From assembly GCF_037042905.1 (NCBI RefSeq), contig NC_087251.1, forward strand, positions 20,462,001 to 20,526,000: DNA of 64,000 nucleotides, read 5' to 3'. Below are positions 1 to 12,300 of this stretch, piece after piece. A program made the translations under genes and the position numbers. This stretch comes from Lytechinus pictus (taxonomy: Eukaryota). Each line of letters starts with the position of its first letter. The stretch's first letter is position 1. The notes under the pieces were generated by a model. The model saw only the letters and a list, made by a program, of their open reading frames with translations, had not been told where the DNA came from and searched no databases.

Positions 1-3000
1 CTCATACATTGCAGAGTATCGTACTGGTATAAGCTTATCCCATTTGATTTGTATTACTCGTACATTGCAGAGTATCATACAGGTATAAGCTTATCCCATT
101 TGATTTCCATAACCTCATACATTACAGAGTATCCTACAGGTATAAGCTTATCCCATTTGATTTGTATTACCTCATACATTGCAGAGAATCATTCAGGTAT
201 AAGCTTATCCCATTTGATTTGAATTACCTCATACATTGCAGAGTATCGTACAGGGATAAGCTTATCCCTTTTGATATGTATTGCCTCATACATTGTAGAG
301 TATCCGACAGGTATAAGCTTATCCCATTTGATTTGTAAAACTCGTACATTGCAGAGTATAGTACTGGTATAAGCTTATCCCTTTTGATTTGTATTGCCTT
401 GTCCACTACAGAGTATCATGCAGGTATAAGCTTATCCCTTTTGATTTGTATTGCCTCATACATTGCAGAGTATCCTGCAGGGATAAGCTTATCCCATTTG
501 ATATGTATAACTTGTACATTGCAGAGTATCGTAGTGGTATAAGCTTATCCCTTTTGATTTGTACTACCTCATACATTGCAGAGTATCGTACTGGTACAAG
601 CTTATCCCATTTGATTTGTATTACTCGTACATTGCAGAGTATCATACAGGTATAAGCTTATCCCATTTGATTTCCATAACCTCATACATTACAGAGTATC
701 CTACAGGTATAAGCTTATCCCATTTGATTTGTATTACCTCATACATTGCAGAGAATCATTCAGGTATAAGCTTATCCCATTTGATTTGAATTACCTCATA
801 CATTGCAGAGTATCGTACAGGGATAAGCTTATCCCTTTTGATATGTATTGCCTCATACATTGTAGAGTATCCGACAGGTATAAGCTTATCCCATTTGATT
901 TGTAAAACTCGTACATTGCAGAGTATAGTACTGGTATAAGCTTATCCCTTTTGATTTGTATTGCCTTGTCCACTACAGAGTATCATGCAGGTATAAGCTT
1001 ATCCCTTTTGATTTGTATTGCCTCATACATTGCAGAGTATCCTGCAGGGATAAGCCTATCCCATTTGATATGTATAACTTGTACATTGCAGAGTATCGTA
1101 CTGGTATAAGCTTATCCCATTTGATTTGTATTACTCGTACATTGCAGAGTATCCTACAGGTATAAGCTTATCCCTTTTGATATGAATTACCTCATACATC
1201 GCAAAGTATCTTACAGGTATAAGCTTATCCCATTTGATATGTATTGCCTCATACATTGTAGAGTATCGTACAGGTATAAGCTTATCCCATTTGATTTGAA
1301 TTACCTCATACACTGCAGAGTATCGTACGGGGATAAGCTTATCCCATTTGATATGTATTGCCTCATACATTGTAGAGTATCGTACAGGTATAAGCTTATC
1401 CCATTTGATTTGAATTACCTCATACACTGCAGAGTATCGTACGGGGATAAGCTTATCCCTTTTGATATGTATTGCCTCATACATTGTAGAGTATCGTACA
1501 GGTATAAGCTTATCCCATTTGACTTGTATTCCTCATACACTGCAGAGTATCGTACGGGGATAAGCTTATCCCTTTTGATATGTATTGCCTCATACATTGT
1601 AGAGTATCCTACAGGTACCGGGTATAAGCTTATCCTTTGGATTTGTATTACCTCATACACTGCAGAGTATCGTACAGGGATAAGCTTATCCCTTTTGATA
1701 TGTATTGCCTCATCCATTGTAGAGTATCGTACAGGTATAAGCTTATCCCATTTGATTTGAATTACCTCATACACTGCAGAGTATCGTACGGGGATAAGCT
1801 TATCCCTTTTGATATGTATTGCCTCATACATTGTAGAGTATCATACAGGTATAAGCTTATCCCATTTGATTTCCATAACCTCATACATTACAGAGTATCC
1901 TACAGGTATAAGCTTATCCCATTTGATTTGTATTACCTCATACATTGCAGAGAATCATTCAGGTATAAGCTTATCCCATTTGATTTGAATTACCTCATAC
2001 ATTGCAGAGTATCGTACAGGGATAAGCTTATCCCTTTTGATATGTATTGCCTCATACATTGTAGAGTATCCTACAGGTATAAGCTTATCCCATTTGATTT
2101 GTAAAACTCGTACATTGCAGAGTATAGTACTGGTATAAGCTTATCCCTTTTGATTTGTATTGCCTTGTCCACTACAGAGTATCATGCAGGTATAAGCTTA
2201 TCCCTTTTGATTTGTATTGCCTCATACATTGCAGAGTATCCTGCAGGGATAAGCTTATCCCATTTGATATGTATAACTTGTACATTGTAGAGTATAGTAG
2301 TGGTATAAGCTTATCCCTTTTGATATGAATTACCTCATACATCGCAGAGTATCTTACAGGTATAAGCTTATCCCATTTGATATGTATTGCCTCATACATT
2401 GTAGAGTATCGTACAGGTATAAGCTTATCCCATTTGATTTGAATTACCTCTTACACTGCAGAGTATCGTACGGGGATAAGCTTATCCCTTTTGATATGTA
2501 TTGCCTCATACATTGTAGAGTATCGTACAGGTATAAGCTTATCCCATTTGACTTGTATTCCTCATACATTGTAGAGTTTCCTACAGGTACCGGGTATAAG
2601 CTTATCCTTTGGATTTGTATTACCTCATACACTGCAGAGTATCGTACTGGTATAAGCTTATCCCATTTGATTTGTATTACTCGTACATTGCAGAGTATCA
2701 TACAGGTATAAGCTTATCCCATTTGATTTCCATAACCTCATACATTACAGAGTATCCTACAGGTATAAGCTTATCCCATTTGATTTTTATTATCTCATAC
2801 ATTGCAGAGAATCATTCAGGTAAAAGCTTATCCCATTTGATTTGAATTACCTCATACATTGCAGAGTATCGTACAGGTATAAGCTTATCCCATTTGATTT
2901 GTAAAACTCGTACATTGCAGAGTATAGTACTGGTATAAGCTTATCCCTTTTGATTTGTATTGCCTTGTCCACTACAGAGTATCATGCAGGTATAAGCTTA

Positions 3001-5070
3001 TCCCTTTTGATTTGTATTGCCTCATACATTGCAGAGTATCCTGCAGGGATAAGCTTATCCCATTTGATATGTATAACCTGTACATTGCAGAGTATCGTAG
3101 TGGTATAAGCTTATCCCTTTTGATTTGTACTACCTCATACATTGCAGAGTATCGTACTGGTATAAGCTTATCCCATTTGATTTGTTTTACTCGTACATTG
3201 CAGAGTATCCTACAGGTATAAGCTTATCCCTTTTGATATGAATTACCTCATACATCGCAGAGTATCTTACATGTATAAGCTTATCCCATTTGATTTGTAT
3301 TGCCTCATACATTACAGAGTATCCTACTGGTATAAGCTTATCCCATTTGATTTGTATTACTCGTACATTGCAGAGAATCATTCAGGTATTAGCTTATCCC
3401 ATTTGATTTGAATTACCGGTACGTCATACATCGCAGAGTTTCATACAGAGATAAGCTTATCCCATTTGATTTGAATTACCTCATACATTGCAGAGTATCG
3501 TAAAGGGATAAGCTTATCCCTTTTGGTATGTATTGCCTCGTACATTGTAGAGTATCCTACAGGTATAAGCTTATCCCATTTGATTTGTAAAACTCGTACA
3601 TTGCAGAGTATAGTACTGGTATAAACTTATCCCTTTTGATTTGTATTGCCTTGTCCACTACAGAGTATCATGCAGGTATAAGCTTATCCCTTTTGGTTTG
3701 TACTACCTCATACATTGCAGAGTATCCTGCAGGGATAAGCTTATCCCATATAATTTGAATTTCTGGTACCTCATACATTGCAAAGTTTCCTACAGGGATA
3801 AGCTTATCCCATTTGATTTGAATTACCTCATACATTGCAGAGTTTCGTACAGGGATAAGCTTATCCCTTTTGATTTGTATTGCCTCATACATTGTAGAGT
3901 ATCGTACAGGGATAAGTTCATCCCGTTTGATTTGTATTACCTCATACATTGCGAAGTATCATACAGGTATAAGCTTATCCCATTTGATTTGAATTTCTTG
4001 TACCTCATACATTGCAAAGTATCCTACAGGGATAAGCTTATCCCTTTTGATTTGTACTATCTCATACATTGCAGAGTATCCTACAGTTACTTGTACAATG
4101 GGGAATGTCATATAGGTATAAGCTTATCCCATTTGATTTGAATTACCGGTACCTCATACATCGCAGAGTGTCATACAGGGAATCTGGATAAGCTTATCCC
4201 ATTTGATTTGTATTGCCTCGTAAATTGTAGAGTGTCATACAGGTATAAGCTTATCCCTTTTGATTTGTATTGCCTCATACATTGTAGAGTATCATACAGG
4301 TATAAGCTTATCCCTTTTGATTTGAATTACCTCATACATTGCAGAGTATCCTACAGGTATAAGCTTATCCCTTTTGATTTGTATAACTTGCACATTGCAG
4401 AGTATCGTAGTGGTATAAGCTTATCCCTTTTGATTTGTACTACCTCATACATTGCAGAGTATCGTACTGGTATAAGCTTATCCCATTTGATTTGTATTAC
4501 TCGTACATTGCAGAGTATCGCACAGGGATAAGCTTATCCCTTTTGATATGTATTGCCTCATACATTGCAGAGTATCAGACAGGGATAAGCTTATCCCTTT
4601 TGATTTGTATTGCCTCATACATTGCAGAGTATCCTACTGGTATAAGCTTATCCCATTTGATTTGTATTACCTCATACATTGCAGAGTATCGTACAGGTAT
4701 AAGCTTATCCCGTTTGATTTGTATTACCTCATACATTGCAGAGTATCAGACAGGGATAAGCTTATCCCTTTTGATTTGTATTGCCTCATACATTGCAGAG
4801 TATCCTACTGGTATAAGCTTATCCCTTTTTGGTGATTCGTACTACCTCATGCAGTGCAGAGTATGATACAGATATAAGCTAATCCCTCAAACTGTCTGGC
4901 TTTCGTGTCGAGGTATAAGCTTATACCCTAATTATCCAGTTTCAATTATATGAGTTTATATGATATACTGGCTACATGACGAGGTATAAGCTTATCCCTA
5001 AAACTATTCTGGTTTTAAAGTCCATGTTTATAACTTATACAAATCCGACCACCTTCAAGATACAAGCTTA
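1..5070. repeat. 57-bp (some 56-bp) tandem minisatellite, roughly 85 units, with palindromic core GG(G/T)ATAAGCTTATCCC; runs off the left window edge
   Basis: Consensus unit ggtataagcttatcccatttgatttgtattacctcatacattgcagagtatcgtaca. ORFs show 19-aa periodicity. Identical ORFs at 224 and 791 give a 567-bp higher-order repeat. Units degenerate after about 4860. Confidence 0.97.
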
Positions 5071-5591
5071 TACATTTTTTCAAACAATTTTGTTTGCTCA
5101 ATGATATTCAATCGTATTTATTGTTGAATAATTGTAAAGTTCTCTTTTGGATTTGTTTTGTGAAATAAATTGTATATCTTTAACCGATTTTGCTCTATTC
5201 TTTCCCAATTTATTTGATGTTTGAATTGCAAGTGTGAATTGTTAGAGTGATTCTTCATGAGTTGACTCAGTGTGAATGATTGAAATTTAAAATGTCACTT
5301 TTTTTTACATGAATGATGTGTTGTAAAATGTTTTTCATTCTTTTTGATATGTCTGAAAAGGAAAAGATATTATTATCCTCGTATTTGTTAAGTAAAATAC
5401 AATTTGGCATAATATTTTGACAAAATCTGGATTTTTCCAGTCCAGATTGAAATAATTTATTGTTATACATATATCCTTAGATGTTTAGATGCCGATGATT
5501 GTGCAAAGTGCTCAATGCTATAGATAGCAGAGCATATAATCATACCTGTCTGTTGAACGTCTGCTACCGGTGGTTTCACGCCCGAACTTGA

Positions 5592-5594
<3 letters not shown>

Positions 5595-5678
<84 letters not shown>

Positions 5679-5712
5679 ATATATGTATGTATATATACAT
5701 ATACACACACAC

Positions 5713-5747
<35 letters not shown>

Positions 5748-5790
5748 TATATATATATGTATATGCATATATCTATACATACATATACAT
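5595..5790. repeat. (AT)n microsatellite
   Basis: Long perfect AT run to about 5671, followed by interrupted AT/AC runs. Confidence 0.97.
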
Positions 5791-5981
5791 ATTATGTGAG
5801 TGTGTGTGTGAATGAAGAGAACAATGATATGGAATAATGTATATATATACATTAAAAATGATTGATACTGTATTTCAGGGTCATTATTAACCTGCTTGGT
5901 TAAAAGTGCACGTTCTAAAATGTGAAGATGAAATTAAGTGAACAGAAATTAACGTAATCAAGGGTTATGCGTTCATTTAAG

Positions 5982-6300
5982 TGACTGACTCTCCTACAGA
6001 AAATGTTGAGGAAACGACCCCAGGGGTGACGACGACAGTAACAACCAGCCCAAGTTTCCTCCCCACATTCGAGGTGACATGGGACACCAGTCGGCTGATG
6101 CACGTCGAAACGGTCGACGTGATCGTGTACGGTTACAGCGAAGACGATGTGGGCGCCCTACAGAAGATAATGACATTGGCAGAGAACATCAGCTACCATG
6201 ATGGTTCTATCAACGTCACAGCACCTTCAACCAACACCAGCTACGAGGTTGGTTTGTTCGGTGTTCTACAGCACCAGGATGTGACGCCATCAAACAATGG
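5982..6300 (+). CDS. Exon: Thr/Pro-rich linker plus beta-rich segment preceding AMOP
   Basis: AG at 5980-5981, GTAAG at 6301. Ends in phase 2, matching the exon at 14245. Confidence 0.75.
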
Positions 6301-9300
6301 GTAAGCTGTAAACTGACTCATATTTGAACCATTGAACTGCAAATAAGAAACTTCATTGTGAGAAGCTGACATTGGAAAGCGTACATCAAAACCGCAATAT
6401 TTGCTTTACATTTGAACGAGGCGAAATTGCCATCTAAAAAAAGAAAGAGATCCAATGATTACAATTCCCAGAATGTGCAGAGAGTTCACTTTTGCCAGTT
6501 AATCAATTCTTAAAATTGAAAGAAAGTGTGGTCAGGTTTATTTTTCAGAGGTTAACGTTCTGAAACATTGACAAATGCATATGTTCTAGAGAAAATATGT
6601 CGAGTATTTTTTATTGGAAAGATGGGGCTTTAATATTTTAAGGATCCTTCAGAGGAAAATAAACTAAAAAGGACTGAAAATTGTGAAGTTTGTCTTGATT
6701 CCTTATTTCAGAGGTAGATTCGTCATACAAAGGGTCTGAAACCAACCATTTTAAAGCACGAAAACAAATCTATATCCTAACGTTTAATGATCTAGATATT
6801 GAAGAAATTTCTTGTCATTTGTACTTATAGTAGAGCGGATTAGCCGAACAATTGTGCAAATTTTGACTAAAGCATGAAACTTTCACAAGTATAAGTATAT
6901 GCCCTAAGATTTATTTTAAAGATGGGAGGTAAATTTTAAAATGCCATTTTCGGCCGTTGCCATGACAACGGATTAATTTCTCAAAAATGACATACATTCC
7001 CATGTAAATGCTAAATAAACATGATATAAATGACCAAAATGATAATTTTTAAGCTCCCAAATGAATATATATAAAATTTAGAAACATTCAAAATTAACAA
7101 GATAGTTCCAATTGGTCCGTTGCCATGGCAACGACTTGTTTTTCCCCAGAAAAATAAAAAAACTGATTAAAAAAACGTTGTAGAATAGGATTTATCTTTA
7201 ATTTTCCCGAATTTTACAGTGTTGAACAATGATATTTTGGTTGCTCAATGTATAAACTACATCTCAAGCCGTTGCCATGGCAACCAAATAACATCAATTT
7301 ACAAAAATTAAATGGTTAACAAGACAATGGACAGGTGGAAAATACAACTGGAAATGACTTAATCTGTATGCTTAAGTTTTGACCCCCTCATTTGAACAAA
7401 AAATACAGAAAGTGTTCTGCAGGAATTCTTTATAAAGATAAAACATTATGTTGCCTTGGTAATGCTTGAATTAAATTTAAAAAACAAATGTTGCAAAGAT
7501 CCCGTTGCCATGGCAACAGCATATTTCCCTCTAGAAAGGTAAAAATATTGATAAAAATGTAGAATACGATCATCATTCCATTTTCAATATTTTTAATGAA
7601 CTAATAAAAATATATGTTTGTGACTGCATTTATAAATATAACATCTTAAGCCATTGCCATGGCAACCAAATAACATCTAATTAAAAAAAATCAATGACAG
7701 GGATGACAGGGTTATGGATAGGGGAAAAATCCAATGAAAATAACTTTTATGCATAAGTTTTGACCTACTCAATTAATTTAGGGGAAACAGTATACAGTGA
7801 GTGTTCTTCATGAACTAATTAGAATGATAAACATTGATGTTACCTTAGTAACACTTGAATTCAACGATAAATGTCAATGTTGCAAATGACCTGTTGCCAT
7901 AGCAACGGCTCATTTACGCAAAAAAGTTCTAGTTTTGATTAGAAAAAGGACTTTGGACTCTGATTTTTCTTTCATTTCCCCTAATTTAATGGTAAGAATT
8001 GATATGTTTGCTGTTAACATACAAACAATATCTGAAGCCATTGTCATGGCAACCAAATTAATCTAATTTGAAAAAAAAAATAACATGGTTGACAACACAA
8101 TGGACAGGTGGAAAATACAATTAGAATTGACTCAATCTGTATGCTTAACTTTTGACCCCCTCATTAGAACAAAAAGTACTTAAAATGTTCTGCTGGAGTT
8201 CTTTAAAAAGATATGAACTTATGTTGCCTTGGTAACACTTGGATTAAATTCTTTTTAAAATGTTACAAAGGGCTCGTTGCCATGGCAACAGCTTATTTCC
8301 CTCTAGAAAGGTAAAAATATTGATAAGAATTTAGAATACAGACATGTATGATCATCTTTCCATTTTCAATAATTTTAAGGTACTAATCGAGATATATATG
8401 TGACTAAATTTATAAATATAACATCTTAGACCATTGCCATGGCAACCAGATAACATCTAATTAAAAAAAAAACATGGATGAGAAGGATATGGACAGGTGA
8501 AAAATACAATGAAAATTCACTTGATGTGCATCACTGTATGCATCAGGATTGACCTCAATTAATCTAGGGGAAACAATACAATGAGTGTTCTGCATGAACT
8601 ATTTATCATTCTAAGAATGATAAACATTGAAGTTGCCTTGGTAATAATTGAATTCGATAAACATCAACGTTGCAAATGACCTGTTGCCATAGCAACTACT
8701 CATTTCCCCAAGAAAAGTACCAGTTTTGATCAGAAAATCTGTAGAATCTGATTTTTTCCTTTCATTTCCCCTAATTTTAGGGTAAGAATGGATATGTTTC
8801 CTGTTAACATTCAAATTATAGCTTAAGCCATTGTCATGGCAACCAAATAACATCTAATTTGAAAAAAATAACATGGTTGACATGATAATGGACAGGTGGA
8901 AAATGCAATCCATTAACTCAAGGTTTGACCCAGTCAATTAATTTTGAACAAAGATTACAGTGGTTTGCATTAGTTCATTAGAATGATAAAATTTGAGGTT
9001 GCCTTGGTAATGCTTGAATTTAATAATAAATATCACTGTTACATATAGCCCGTTGCCATGGCAATGACTCCTTTTTTCCCGAATAAAGTACCAAATTTGA
9101 TCGAAAAACAGTTTAGAATCTGCATTTTGTCATAAATTTCCCCTAATTTTAGAGTGCAAAGCATTATGTTTGCTGTTGATATACAAATAACCATTGGTTG
9201 TCCTTGTAACTTGTTCTAATGCATTAAACCATGGTTTTATGATGATGGTTTAGACATAAAAATCATATTCCCCAGACAGATATTGAACAAACTATGTCCT

Positions 9301-12300
9301 AATTTATTATTTCACTTTTGAAACTATGGTTTAGACACCAAAATCATATCTCACAGGTGAATATAAAAGGAGTTATTCCACTTTTAAGTATCAGCAGCCA
9401 TTTTAGAATAGTTTTTGGAAGCCATATTGGATTTTCGAATACACCTGACCGTCATTGTAACTTGTACTAATATTGTTAGACTCTTGAAACCAATGATTTA
9501 GACACCAAAATATTATCCTCCAGGCCAATATGAAATGAGCTATGTCCGCTTTAGGTATAAGCAACCATTTTAGATTCAATTTTTTGAAGCCATCTTGGAT
9601 TTTTGGACATTCCAGACCACTGGCTTTCCCTGTAACTTGGTCCAATGTACTACTTGATCCTTAAAACCAATGAATAGAAACCAAATTAAAGCCATTTTAT
9701 CAAGTAATGGATGAATTGTGGATTTTTAGCCTATGGCACCCACTGAGGGCACCATCTTGGAATACCCTTGCTTAAATTATTTTTAACCTTTCAACCAGTA
9801 AAGGTATTTTTTATTTTATTTGACGAGTCTACTTTTCATGTAAAATAACCAGTGAATAGATTACACTTGGCGTTGAATAGATTCGTATGTTACTTTAAAA
9901 ATGATCACAGTATTACAAAATTTTCTTCTTCAAAATCAGCAGTGCAATTTTGAGGGGGCCAGATATGACATATCAAGCAAAATTTACTTTAAAATGTTCT
10001 CACCGAGCCAGCGACAGAGCAAAAATTTCCAAATTTTTCCTTTTTGGTATATTATTCGTAAAATAATCATATTTTATCCATCTCTCTTTCACTTTCTCTG
10101 TATTCTTTCTTGATAATGATTTTTTTTCTTTTTTGGGAGGGGGGGGGGGAGACGGGTTGCAAATTCCCGGGAATTTTCTTGATGGAAACTTTCCATGGGA
10201 ATAAACGTGACTTTTGTGGGAATTTTTTTTTTAATTTTCGGCAATTTTCATGAATTTTTAAAGAAATTATGGGAATTTTCACAAAGTAACGATTTTCTGA
10301 CATTTGTATGCAGGAATTAAAAGGTGTATCCTGGCAGATGATGCCTAATAGTGCTTTGCTATCATATTTCAAGCCAAGTATGCTAAAACAGTCGAACAAG
10401 GAAGGATTTCATGATTTCATGATCTCCATGTAAAAGTTGATTTACTGTATTTACCTTGATTAGGATATCAAGACCATGTCTACTCCTCAAATAGACTTAA
10501 GATTTTGATTCATCAACCCCTATAATCCCCTTAGATATTGATATGATGAACAGCTTTAAAACACAAATCACCCCAAAACGCTCTCTTCAAAATGGCCGCC
10601 TGCGAATACTTTGAACGTAATTGTCCAGCATCAAAATTAGAGTTTCGGGAATTTATTTGAGCCCAAAAAAGTCTGATGTGATTTTTGTAGGTCTTATTTC
10701 GATGCCATGTATAATGAAATAAGATGGTGCTTATCATGTAGCATATTTATGTTCAGCAACCTCCTATAAGGGAAAAGGAAATAAATAAACATATTTTTAT
10801 CAAAATTTGTACTTTTCTGGAGCCATTTGTAACATTGATATTCATCATTATGTTCAAGCATTACCAAAACAAAAGTAATTTTTGTCATCCTAATGAAATC
10901 ATGCATAACACTTAATGTAACTTTTGTTCAAAATTAAAAGAGTAGGTCAAACCTTACGCATATTCAGTTAATTTTATTGTATTTTCCTTCGGTCCATTAT
11001 CTTGTCAGCTATGTTTTTTTTGTAAATGAAATGTTTTGTTATTGCCATTTCAACGCCTTTAAATGTTATTTATACATTTAACAACAAACATGTACGTGTA
11101 TGTTTGACACCCTAACCTTAGTGGAAATGAATGAAAAATAAGATTCTACTAGGTATTTTTTTTTATCAAAGATGGTATTTTCTGGGGGAAAAACGATCCG
11201 TTACACATTTGCAAAAAAATGATATTAAATTCAACCATTACCAAGGCAGCATCAGTTTTTATCATGCTATTGTACTCATGCAGAACACTTACTGTAATTT
11301 TTGTTCAAAACTTAAAGGAGAATGAAACCTTTGGAACAAGATAGCTTGTGTGAAAACAGAAAAATCTAAGAAACAGATCAATGAAAGTTTGAGAAAAATC
11401 GGACAAATAATGAGAAAGTTATGAGCTTTTGAATATTGCGATCACTAATGCTATGGAGATCCTCACATTGGCAATGCGACAAAGATGTGTGATGTCACTC
11501 TTGAACAACTCTCCCCATTACTTTAGTATATATTTCACTTAAATTGCCTCTTTTATTACATCTATCAGTAGAACATGTATTCTTTCTATAGGAGGGCATG
11601 TAATACAGATTTTTAAAGAATACATCATGGATAAAGAGTTTGTATCACCATACGAAAAAGCAAAAAGACACATTTTCAGGGTCCATCAAAGGGAAAGTTG
11701 TTCATGTGTGACATCACACATCCTTGTAGCGTTGCCAATGGGAGGATCTCCATAGCATTAGAGATTGCAATATTCAAATGCTCATAACTTTCTTATTATT
11801 TGTCTGATTTTTCTCAAACTGTCTTTGTTCTTATTCTTTGATTTTTCTGTTTCGACACTAGCCTACTTGTTCCAAAGGTTTCATTCCCCTTTAATGACTG
11901 GTCAAACATTATGGAGCTTTTAAAAGTAAACCTTTATTTTACATCCCACCTGACCATTATCATTTCAACAGTAATTTTTTTTTGTATTTATAAATTACAT
12001 CTTGATTGGTTGCCAAGGCAATGGCTGAAGATGTTATCTACATATTAACCGCAAACATATATTTTCTAACACCCTTAACTTAAGGGAAATGAAAGAAAAA
12101 TCAGATTTTATCATGTTTTTATTTATCAAAGCTGCTGATACTTTTCTGGGGGAAATGAGCTGTTGCCATGGCAACAGAACATTTGAATTATTAATATTTA
12201 TCATTTAATTCAAGAATTACCAAGGCAACATCAATTTATTATTCTAATGAACTCATGCAGAATGCTTAGTGAATTTTTTGTTTAAAATTAAATGACTAGC

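Noticed and set aside
1..4866. CRISPR array, or repeat-protein ORFs (YKLIPFDL.. / IKRDKLIPV..)
   Set aside because: The 'spacers' are homologous variants of one another, there are no cas genes, and the context is eukaryotic. The ORFs arise on both strands from the 57-bp period and are broken by 56-bp units.
5463..5852. YIYI-rich ORFs
   Set aside because: Translations of the (AT)n microsatellite.
9190..10906. Transposase in the centre of the foldback element
   Set aside because: Only short AT-rich ORFs with no recognisable DDE or zinc-finger motifs.
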